A stretch of 64,000 nt of DNA, from positions 7,303 to 71,302 of the forward strand of contig CALXTC010000016.1 of the NCBI GenBank assembly GCA_944391325.1, given 5' to 3'. The DNA is from an uncultured Candidatus Saccharibacteria bacterium. Lineage in GTDB: Bacteria; Patescibacteriota; Saccharimonadia; Saccharimonadales; Saccharimonadaceae. The notes below the pieces were generated by a model that was not told the origin of the DNA, ran no database searches, and worked only from the letters and a program-made list of their open reading frames with translations. This document shows, piece by piece, positions 52,642 to 60,425 of this stretch (position 1 is its first letter; every line of letters starts with the position of its first letter). Position numbers and translations under genes: made by a program.

Positions 52642-52719
52642 GCGCCCGTAGCTCAGCTGGATTAGAGTGTCTGGCTTCGAACCAGAAGGTCGCAGGTTCG
52701 AGTCCTGCCGGGCGTACCA
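52642..52719 (+). tRNA. tRNA-Arg(TCG)
   Basis: GCGCCCG/CGGGCGT acceptor stem, TCTGG-CTTCGAA-CCAGA anticodon arm, GGTTCGAGTCC, CCA. Confidence 0.95.
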
Positions 52720-52737
52720 TTTTTAATATCTGAATAT

Positions 52738-52814
52738 GCACCCGTAGCTCAGTGGATTAGAGCACTGGTTTCCGGTACCAGGTGTCGTAGGTTCGAATCC
52801 TATCGGGTGTACCA
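52738..52814 (+). tRNA. tRNA-Arg(CCG)
   Basis: GCACCCG/CGGGTGT acceptor stem, CTGGT-TTCCGGT-ACCAG anticodon arm, GGTTCGAATCC, CCA. Confidence 0.95.
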
Positions 52815-52916
52815 TATTTTACACACGCAGGATCGAACCTACGATATCATCGCAGATGATCAGTCTTCGAATCCTATCGGGTGTACCATATTTTACACAC
52901 GTAGGATCAACCTACG
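52792..52916 (+). repeat. Direct repeat of the tRNA-Arg(CCG) 3' end plus trailer (52792-52843 and 52866-52916)
   Basis: TTCGAATCCTATCGGGTGTACCATATTTTACACACG(C/T)AGGATC(G/-)AACCTACG occurs twice, 74 bp apart. Confidence 0.92.
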
Positions 52917-52919
52917 TTT

Positions 52920-53360
52920 TTATTTTTCGTCTACATCTTTGACGATATAGCCATCTGGGCGATTAGTGAAATGGGTTAGCCAGTGTTCGTAATCCTGGGC
53001 GGTTTGGGGCAGGTCGACATATTCCATAAATTGACCGGTCAGAAATGAGCCGCGTTGGTTTCGTTTCTGGTCTTGGGCTGACTTGATATCTTGTGGGCTT
53101 AACTCAGTTATAGTAACTAGGCAGTCGACTAGTTCTTGTAAATCGGCTATTTCCTCGATCAGTTCGTCCCGACTACCACTATTCAGGGCTACTTTTATCT
53201 CCTCGACTTCCTCGGGCATTTTGCCGACTATGGCACTGGCCAATTCATCCTTGGATAGATTTCTATACCGGCATGGATAGCCCTGGCGATTTAGCACCTC
53301 AGCCTGATTGTCACGAACTAATTTGCCTGATCCATCGTGTCCATAATATGCTCGTTTCAT
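52920..53360 (-). CDS. MazG-like nucleoside triphosphate pyrophosphohydrolase
   Basis: KLVRD, EEVEE...EEIADLQE, KRNQRGSF motifs. Confidence 0.8.
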   Translation of the reverse strand: MKRAYYGHDGSGKLVRDNQAEVLNRQGYPCRYRNLSKDELASAIVGKMPEEVEEIKVALNSGSRDELIEEIADLQELVDCLVTITELSPQDIKSAQDQKRNQRGSFLTGQFMEYVDLPQTAQDYEHWLTHFTNRPDGYIVKDVDEK

Positions 53361-53404
53361 TTGCTACATCCCCCTATAACTTTGGCGTATATTATAATAC
53401 GAAT

Positions 53405-54223
53405 ATGTCTAGACTTCTAAACGGCCGAGAGTTAAGAGATTTTATTATGGAACGCCAGGCTCACCAGGTGCGAGGCTTGATTCAGCATTTTAAGGTTCAG
53501 CCGCGGTTGGCAATTATTCAGACTAGGCATGACGCCGTAACCAATCTTTATACACGGCTAAAGCAAACCTACGGTGCAGATATAAAGATCGTTGTGGATT
53601 TACATAGGGTCGACCAATCTGAGGTGGCCGAGCTAATTGAACGATTGAATAAGGACTCAGCGATTCAGGGCATCTTGTTACAGCTTCCATTGGCCAATCC
53701 AGATCAAACAGATGAATTAATTAACCTAATTTCCCCAGCTAAAGATGTTGACGGGTTGGGGGAGCGTGCTAAATGGGATCCAACGACGGCAACGGCTATT
53801 AACTGGTTGGTGGCTGGCTACAACATTAATCTGAGTGGTCGAAAAATTGCTATCGTTGGCCAGGGCAGATTAGTTGGTGGGCCATTGACCAAGATGTGGC
53901 GCAATTCCGGCTATGATGTGACGCCACTGGATGATACCTGCCGCAATTTAACTGACGCACTGGTGGATAAGGACGTGGTGGTAACGGCAACTGGCGTGCC
54001 GGGTTTGATTAAACCAGATATGTTAAAGCATGGGGCGGTAGTTATTGATGCTGGTGTGGCTGATGATAATGGGCAAACAGTCGGCGACTTGAGTGATGAT
54101 GTATATGAACGGAGCGACCTAACCATCACATCGCGCAAAGGCGGGGTTGGGCCATTGACGATAGCGGCATTGATGGACAATGTTATCCGGGCATCATATC
54201 CAACACGTAGTAAGTATAGCTAG
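53405..54223 (+). CDS. folD: Methylenetetrahydrofolate dehydrogenase/cyclohydrolase
   Basis: YxxxK, GILLQLPL, KDVDG, VIDAG, GGVGPLT; start refined to ATG 53405. Confidence 0.93.
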   Translation: MSRLLNGRELRDFIMERQAHQVRGLIQHFKVQPRLAIIQTRHDAVTNLYTRLKQTYGADIKIVVDLHRVDQSEVAELIERLNKDSAIQGILLQLPLANPDQTDELINLISPAKDVDGLGERAKWDPTTATAINWLVAGYNINLSGRKIAIVGQGRLVGGPLTKMWRNSGYDVTPLDDTCRNLTDALVDKDVVVTATGVPGLIKPDMLKHGAVVIDAGVADDNGQTVGDLSDDVYERSDLTITSRKGGVGPLTIAALMDNVIRASYPTRSKYS

Positions 54224-54240
54224 GAAAGACACAAACAAAA

Positions 54241-54259
54241 TACCCGCCAACAGCGGGTA
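54241..54259. terminator. Terminator between folD and tRNA-Glu
   Basis: TACCCGC-CAACA-GCGGGTA, with a U-tract on the minus strand. Confidence 0.7.
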
Positions 54260-54268
54260 AATAATAGC

Positions 54269-54343
54269 TGGTGATCTCGCCGGGAATCGAACCCGAATTG
54301 TCAGGATGAAAACCTGATGTCCTAACCGTTAGACGACGAGACC
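54269..54343 (-). tRNA. tRNA-Glu(TTC)
   Basis: GGTCTCG/CGAGATC acceptor stem, TCAGG-TTTTCAT-CCTGA anticodon arm, GGTTCGATTCC, CCA. Confidence 0.95.
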
Positions 54344-54420
54344 AGGTAATAGCTGTTATTATACAGAAAAACCGGGCTATTTCAAGCCTTACCTGGTGTA
54401 GCTGTGGTAAAATGATTTAT

Positions 54421-54927
54421 ATGAAAGGCAGTGCGGGTAGTGAAGCACGATTTGTCAATGAGTTCGATTACGATGACGAGGCGATTAGCGAGGTGATGCG
54501 GTATTATGTAGCTCGGACTTATTTAACTAGGTTGGTAATATTTGAGGTCATACTGGTTGCTGCACTGGCTATTATATTAAGGATGAATCTGGCTACGACT
54601 GTAGTGCTGGCTGTTTTTGTGATTTTACTATGTGTAGTGTCACATGCAATTGTTTCACGAATGTCGATACGACGTGAACAGCAGCGATTGCAACTTTTAT
54701 CGCCAGATAAATCGATTCGTCATCATATCGAAATCAGTGGCGATAAGGTGCTAGCCGTGAGTGCCAATAGAAAGATTACATTGGGCCTATCTGATATAAA
54801 AAAGATCGGACAAACAAGTAACTACATAATTATCACCGTTAAAGGCGCATTGATCGTGCCATTGCGAAAGGATGGTTTTATTGTGGGCGATGCTGACGAC
54901 TGTCTGTCGTACTTGCATAACCGATAA
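54421..54927 (+). CDS. YcxB-like membrane protein
   Basis: 2 TM, then DIKKIGQTSNYIII...IVPLRKDGF; start 7 nt after TGGTAAAAT. Confidence 0.7.
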   Translation: MKGSAGSEARFVNEFDYDDEAISEVMRYYVARTYLTRLVIFEVILVAALAIILRMNLATTVVLAVFVILLCVVSHAIVSRMSIRREQQRLQLLSPDKSIRHHIEISGDKVLAVSANRKITLGLSDIKKIGQTSNYIIITVKGALIVPLRKDGFIVGDADDCLSYLHNR

Positions 54928-54951
54928 ATACAGTGTTGTATAATAATACAT

Positions 54952-55170
54952 ATGGGAAGGAAAGCGGGGAAAGCTAAAAAACGCAACAAAAAATACACCG
55001 GCATCAACGCTAAGCAGCCGACCAATGTAGTTCGAGTTCATCGGGTTGACGCAGTGGTTCGCTCTGATTTTAGCCAGTGGATATATGACCATAAAACGCC
55101 CCTGAAATATGGTGCTATTGCCATAGTGGTTGTTATTTTGGTTATTGCCGGAATTGTTGCAATATTTTAG
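54952..55170 (+). CDS. Small basic protein with C-terminal TM
   Basis: KKRNKKYTG N-terminus and hydrophobic tail; TATAAT 7 nt upstream. Confidence 0.75.
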   Translation: MGRKAGKAKKRNKKYTGINAKQPTNVVRVHRVDAVVRSDFSQWIYDHKTPLKYGAIAIVVVILVIAGIVAIF

Positions 55171-55196
55171 TGGTAATTAGGATAGAAAGGGAGTAT

Positions 55197-55577
55197 ATGC
55201 CGAGAATTTCCATTATTGAGGACGACCAGCTGATCGCGCAAATGTATCGGATGAAGCTGGAGGCTGAGGGCTATGATGTCGATGTGGCAGAAAGTGGTAT
55301 GAATGGAATTGAGATGGTGGCACAGAAGCAACCGGACTTGATTCTATTAGACTACTCTTTGCCCGACATTGATGGTTCGGCGGTTCTGCGAGAGGTTCGA
55401 CGTAATGGCGTAGCTGCTGATACGCCAGTCATCGTCTTGACTAATATGGACGATGAGTCGGTCGAAAATGAGTTGTCCAAATGGAATATTGTCGACTATA
55501 TTGTCAAGGCTAACCTAACCCCCCGCGAGGTGGTCGCCAAGATTAAACAAACTTTGCACGATCATCAGAACAAGTAG
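55197..55577 (+). CDS. Single-domain response regulator (receiver)
   Basis: IIEDD, PDLILLD, VLTN, YIVKA; SD GAAAGGGA before ATG 55197. Confidence 0.9.
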   Translation: MPRISIIEDDQLIAQMYRMKLEAEGYDVDVAESGMNGIEMVAQKQPDLILLDYSLPDIDGSAVLREVRRNGVAADTPVIVLTNMDDESVENELSKWNIVDYIVKANLTPREVVAKIKQTLHDHQNK

Positions 55578-55645
55578 TAGGGGTATTATTACTTCCCAAA
55601 TATGTGCTAAAATATGCACGACTTAACGAAAGGAGAAATATTAAA

Positions 55646-57043
55646 ATGGCGCATATCGATACGCTGAAACGGGCTAGGATACTGGCCACGATTGGGCCGG
55701 CCACTGACGACCCAGAGGTTTTAGAAAAGGTAATTCGGGCGGGTGTTAATGCCTGTCGATTAAACTTTAGTCACGGTAGTTACGAGGAGCGACTAGAGCA
55801 GATTGACAACATTCGGGCCATCGAGCGGCGCTTGAATCGACATATCCCAATTTTGCAGGACTTGCAGGGGCCAAAGATTCGCCTAGGTCAGCTAAAGGAT
55901 AATATGGAATACCATATTGAGGAGGGCCAAGAATTGGGTCTAACCTATGGTATCGAGCATGACGGTGGCAACAATCTGCCGTCACAGTATGATCTATCCG
56001 ACAAGTGCGCTCCAGGTGATCGTATCTTCCTGTTTGATGGCAAGATTCGCACAATTGTTCAGCGTGTTGAGGGAAAAACTGTCTGGGTCAAGGTAATGAA
56101 CAAGGGAACGGTTATTTCTCGCAAGGCGATTAACCTGCCCGATATGCGTAGTGGCAATGCCCCTGTTCTAACCGAAAAGGACATGGAAGATCTAGAGTGG
56201 AGCTTTGACAAGGATATCGACTATACCGCCCTGTCATTCGTTCACCATGCCGATGATGTTAAGAAATTGCGTGAGATTATTCGCAATCATGGTAGTGACC
56301 GCAAAATCATTGTTAAGCTAGAAACTCGCACTGGTGCCGACCCTGAAAACCTAGAGGCAATTGTCAAGGAAGCCGACGGTGTGATGGTGGCTCGTGGCGA
56401 CCTAGCTGTTGAGGCTGGCCCAGAAATTGTCCCCGTGGTTGAGCGCGACATTATTCGGCTGTGCCAAAAGCACTGCAAGCTGTGTATTGTCGCTACTCAG
56501 ATGTTGGGCTCGATGGTGGATAATCCTGAACCGACTCGGGCTGAGATTAATGACGTGGCTACTGCCTATATTGAGGGGGCTGACGCAGTAATGTTGTCTG
56601 ACGAAACCGCTATGGGTAAGTATCCAGTTGAGGCTGTCACGATTATGGCTAAAACTTTGCGCTATGCCCAGGAGCATGTGGGTGTCTATGATTTATATGA
56701 CCGCAACCCAACCGATGAAACCAATGGCGCTATTGCCGATGCTGCTATTGTAATGGCCGATGAACTAGAGGCTGACGCTATCGTAGTCGAGTCGGGTAGC
56801 GACAAGCTGACTCGCAGCATTTCTATTCAACGACCAACTATGCCGATTCTGTCGGTTGCCCCAACTAGTCGTATGGCTAATCGTTTGAGCCTATTATTTG
56901 GCGTGCGCGCCTTTACTAGCCCAGATGGCAAGTCGGACGATATCTTGAACGACCTGATGACCACTAACTTCTTTGGCGATACCAAGGCGCGAGTTGTTTT
57001 GGCAACGCCTGATAGTGTTCGCTTAGTTAAGTTAAGTCGCTAA
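55646..57043 (+). CDS. pyk: Pyruvate kinase
   Basis: ATIGPA, RLNFSHG, DLQGPKIR, MVARGDL, ATQML, MLSDETA; SD AAGGAG. Confidence 0.97.
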   Translation: MAHIDTLKRARILATIGPATDDPEVLEKVIRAGVNACRLNFSHGSYEERLEQIDNIRAIERRLNRHIPILQDLQGPKIRLGQLKDNMEYHIEEGQELGLTYGIEHDGGNNLPSQYDLSDKCAPGDRIFLFDGKIRTIVQRVEGKTVWVKVMNKGTVISRKAINLPDMRSGNAPVLTEKDMEDLEWSFDKDIDYTALSFVHHADDVKKLREIIRNHGSDRKIIVKLETRTGADPENLEAIVKEADGVMVARGDLAVEAGPEIVPVVERDIIRLCQKHCKLCIVATQMLGSMVDNPEPTRAEINDVATAYIEGADAVMLSDETAMGKYPVEAVTIMAKTLRYAQEHVGVYDLYDRNPTDETNGAIADAAIVMADELEADAIVVESGSDKLTRSISIQRPTMPILSVAPTSRMANRLSLLFGVRAFTSPDGKSDDILNDLMTTNFFGDTKARVVLATPDSVRLVKLSR

Positions 57044-57088
57044 ACTCAATTACATTAACAGTAAAACAAACACAGTAGGAGGAATTTC

Positions 57089-58318
57089 GTGGCAAGCGTA
57101 GACTTTCCCTATAAAACGATTAAAGATGTTGACGTCCAAAACAAGCGCATATTAATGCGGGCGGATTACAATGTGCCACTTAGGGCTGATGGTGCGATCG
57201 CCGATGACTTTCGCATCACTGCTTCATTGCCAACCATTAATTACTTACTAGGGCGTGGTGCCCAGCTGGTGCTAATTTCGCATTTAGGTCGTCCCAAGGG
57301 GCAGGTTAACTCGAAATATAGTCTTGCACCAGTTGCTGAACGCTTAAGTGAGGCGCTAGGTCGGCCAGTTAAGTTTGTCGACGATTGTGTTGGTGATGAG
57401 GTAGTATCTGCTACTAGCCAAATGCAGTCTGGTGACGTTATTCTGCTGGAGAATCTACGTTTTCATCCTGAGGAGGAGCAAAATGACAGCTCGTTTGCTA
57501 GGAACCTAGCTAACGATAGCGGGGCGGAGTTGTTTGTCCAAGATGGCTTTGGTGTGGTTCACCGACCACATGCCTCGACGGCGGCTATCACGGGGATTCT
57601 GCCGGCTGTAGCTGGACTGTTGCTAGAGCGTGAATATGTTGAGATAAAGTCAGCTACCGATGCCCCTAATCGACCACTGACGACCGTGATTGGCGGTGCC
57701 AAAATCAGTGACAAGATGCCACTAGTTCGCAAATTTATGCAAATCGCCGATAATGTCATCATTGGTGGTGCATTGGCTAACAATTTTCTGAAATACGATG
57801 GCCATAACGTCGGCGATAGTTTGGTTGAGGACGGCGTTGCTGATTTGGTTGGCTCTATCGAGCAAGAGGCTAAGGACAAGTATGGCGACGAGCTAAGTGA
57901 ACATTTTGTCCTGCCGGTGGATGTTGCAGTATCAGAAACTGGCTCGTTAGATGCCCCGCGGGTTGAGGTTGGGCTAGATGACGTCGCCTCGCCTGCGAAA
58001 ATTTATGATGCTGGCGAAAAAACGATTAAAATTATCGAACAGACCGTGGCTAACAGTGGAACCGTCATTTGGAATGGCACGTTAGGTATGGCCGAATATC
58101 CCGAATTTTCACGCGGTTCGGCACGCTTGGCGTTGACCTTGGCAAAAAATCCTCAGATTACCAGTGTGATTGGTGGTGGGGATACGGCCGATTTTGTCCG
58201 CAATTGGGATGCTCTGCATGGCGGTAGCTTTACGCACGTTTCGACTGGCGGCGGCGCTAGCCTAGAGCTGATGGCTGGTGACGAGTTGCCGGGTATCGTG
58301 GCGCTAATGAAAAAATGA
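57089..58318 (+). CDS. pgk: Phosphoglycerate kinase
   Basis: RADYNVP, SHLGRP, LLENLRF, GGAKISDK, HVSTGGGASL. Confidence 0.97.
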   Translation: MASVDFPYKTIKDVDVQNKRILMRADYNVPLRADGAIADDFRITASLPTINYLLGRGAQLVLISHLGRPKGQVNSKYSLAPVAERLSEALGRPVKFVDDCVGDEVVSATSQMQSGDVILLENLRFHPEEEQNDSSFARNLANDSGAELFVQDGFGVVHRPHASTAAITGILPAVAGLLLEREYVEIKSATDAPNRPLTTVIGGAKISDKMPLVRKFMQIADNVIIGGALANNFLKYDGHNVGDSLVEDGVADLVGSIEQEAKDKYGDELSEHFVLPVDVAVSETGSLDAPRVEVGLDDVASPAKIYDAGEKTIKIIEQTVANSGTVIWNGTLGMAEYPEFSRGSARLALTLAKNPQITSVIGGGDTADFVRNWDALHGGSFTHVSTGGGASLELMAGDELPGIVALMKK

Positions 58319-58361
58319 CGAAGTGTCGTTGTGATAGAATAGAAACAACAGGTAGATTGGA

Positions 58362-59138
58362 GTGGGAATGAAGAAATACATTATCGGCAACTGGAAGATG
58401 AACTTGAATGTGCACGAGTCGTCGTTATTTGCGGCTAAGCTGGCACAATCCTTGCCGATTAAACGTGGTGTAGAAACGGTTATCTGCCCATCGTTTCTGT
58501 CATTGCAACCAGTATCGCTACAGATTAATCATCGCCAAATGAAGTTAGGTGCCCAGAATTGCTATTGGCGCGACGAGGGTGCCTTTACTGGTGAAATATC
58601 GGCGGCGCAACTACGTGGATTGGCGCAGTATGTCATTGTTGGGCATAGCGAACGTCGCGATGTCTTTAACGAGGACGATCGAGATATTCGCTTCAAGGTT
58701 CAGGCGGCTTTGCGTAATTATATTCGGCCAATTCTATGTGTTGGCGAAACTGAGATGGAGCGCAATGATGGTGATACCGAACACGTTTTGTGCGATCAGG
58801 TGGCGTCGGGACTGATGAATGTTGGTTCGGATCAGCTAGATCAGGTGTTAATTGCCTATGAGCCGGTTTGGGCAATTGGCAGTAGTGCACCAGCCAGCAA
58901 TGATGATATCGCCGCAGCTGTAAAGGTCGTTCGGACTCAGGTGGAACATATGTTTGGCAAGACAGCCTCGGAAACAGTACCAATTTTGTATGGTGGCAGT
59001 TCTAATTTGGAAAATGGTCGGGAGATTTTATCCATCACAGGCGTGGACGGCCTGCTAGTTGGTCGAGCTAGTTTAATTGCTCCTGAATTTGTTGGTTTAG
59101 TTAATGCGGCGGCTGAAATTAGCCGAGAGGAGAAATAA
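58362..59138 (+). CDS. tpiA: Triosephosphate isomerase
   Basis: GNWKMN, GHSERR, AYEPVWAIG, LYGGS (start may be ATG 58368). Confidence 0.97.
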   Translation: MGMKKYIIGNWKMNLNVHESSLFAAKLAQSLPIKRGVETVICPSFLSLQPVSLQINHRQMKLGAQNCYWRDEGAFTGEISAAQLRGLAQYVIVGHSERRDVFNEDDRDIRFKVQAALRNYIRPILCVGETEMERNDGDTEHVLCDQVASGLMNVGSDQLDQVLIAYEPVWAIGSSAPASNDDIAAAVKVVRTQVEHMFGKTASETVPILYGGSSNLENGREILSITGVDGLLVGRASLIAPEFVGLVNAAAEISREEK

Positions 59139-59141
59139 ATC

Positions 59142-60392
59142 GTGGGTGATTTGGATTTTGACGAACTAGACAAGGCCATTAACGAACTATACGAAACCTT
59201 AGGTTTAGATGATGAGCCTGATAATGGGGCTGGGGCACAGTCTATGTCAAAGGACGACGACAGTAATCGTCCAGTTGCTGACGGTGATGACAACAAGTCC
59301 ACTGACAAGAGCGTTGCTGGGTCTGCTAAGTCGTCCAAGCGACGTCCCATCCAGGACGTTAGGCGACCAGTAGCGAGCAATCAAGAGCAATCTAATGCAT
59401 CATCAGACACAACAAACTCATCACTAGACGACGGTGGTCATGGTCGTTTTATGGATATGGTCCACCCGTCTAGCGACACTCAACTTCAACACAAACATAA
59501 TTTTGCGTCTGAGCGTCAGGCTGAGCTGGATGCTAAATTGGCGACAGAGGCAGAGTCGGCTGAATCTAACCAGGACGACACTAAGTCGCAGGAACCTGTT
59601 CAGATTGCCATTTCTATCGAGGAAGATGATGCAGCCATAGAATCAACAACTAAACCGACATCGATTCAGATTGACGATTCCGATAACATAGAAATTGGTA
59701 CCGAGGCAGAAACCAAACCTGAACCTGAATCTGAATCTCAGACTGAAGCCGAACCAGAATCTAAAGCTGTGGCTGAGACTGGTGAGTCATCAGTACAGTC
59801 AACAACCAAGCCCCAGGTAACAACGGCCGGCCGTCGGGGCGTGCAATATCGTGGGGATAATCGGCGAACGCGGCATGATCTGGCGCAACCGTTGCCGGTT
59901 ACTCCAGTAGCCCTATCGGCTAGCGAGGTCTTGTCGGATGACGTAGGTGCTAAGCAGTATGACACGCCATTTTTGCCTGACGCCAAGGTGTCCAAGCGTC
60001 CATTGGGTCAAGTCAATCGCAGGCTAGAGGCTGCCAAGCCCAAGGCTGCTAGTAATCAATCCACAGACAACCATCAATCTGAGACGTCGGATGTCAAGCT
60101 GGATGTAGTCGCGGCTAAACCCACCAAGTCAAAAACTAGTGAGGTTGTCAAATCACGTCATGAAACCAAGCCCCACCAGGCAATGTCGCGTCGCGACTAT
60201 ACTCGTCTGCACCAAACAGAGTCTGGTCAGCCAGTAGCGTCACGCCACTCCGTGTCAACATCTGATGACGGGCTAACACTCAACACTAGGCGAAGTAAGA
60301 CACTGGTAATAATTGGTCGTATTCTATTATTCCTAGCAATCATCATTATTGGTGGACTGACTGGCATGGCATTTTACTACTATGGTGGATAA
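59142..60392 (+). CDS. Largely disordered protein with C-terminal TM anchor
   Basis: Low-complexity S/D/E/T/K composition with short hydrophobic motifs; single C-terminal TM. Confidence 0.75.
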   Translation: MGDLDFDELDKAINELYETLGLDDEPDNGAGAQSMSKDDDSNRPVADGDDNKSTDKSVAGSAKSSKRRPIQDVRRPVASNQEQSNASSDTTNSSLDDGGHGRFMDMVHPSSDTQLQHKHNFASERQAELDAKLATEAESAESNQDDTKSQEPVQIAISIEEDDAAIESTTKPTSIQIDDSDNIEIGTEAETKPEPESESQTEAEPESKAVAETGESSVQSTTKPQVTTAGRRGVQYRGDNRRTRHDLAQPLPVTPVALSASEVLSDDVGAKQYDTPFLPDAKVSKRPLGQVNRRLEAAKPKAASNQSTDNHQSETSDVKLDVVAAKPTKSKTSEVVKSRHETKPHQAMSRRDYTRLHQTESGQPVASRHSVSTSDDGLTLNTRRSKTLVIIGRILLFLAIIIIGGLTGMAFYYYGG

Positions 60393-60425
60393 TCTGCCGA
60401 TTATAGCGTGATAGAATAGTTAGCA

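Noticed and set aside
52551-52733. 60-aa ORF
   Set aside because: It runs through tRNA-Arg(TCG) and is spurious.
52792-53360. Intact integrative element at tRNA-Arg(CCG)
   Set aside because: Only 22 bp separate the repeat copies and no integrase is present; at most this is a scar.
53273-53404. 44-aa N-terminal extension of FolD overlapping the MazG-like gene
   Set aside because: FolD similarity begins at ATG 53405, which has a TATAAT 6 nt upstream.
59700-59765. Short hexamer-like repeats (GAACCT/GAATCT)
   Set aside because: They encode an ordinary EPEPESES low-complexity linker, imperfect and in frame.
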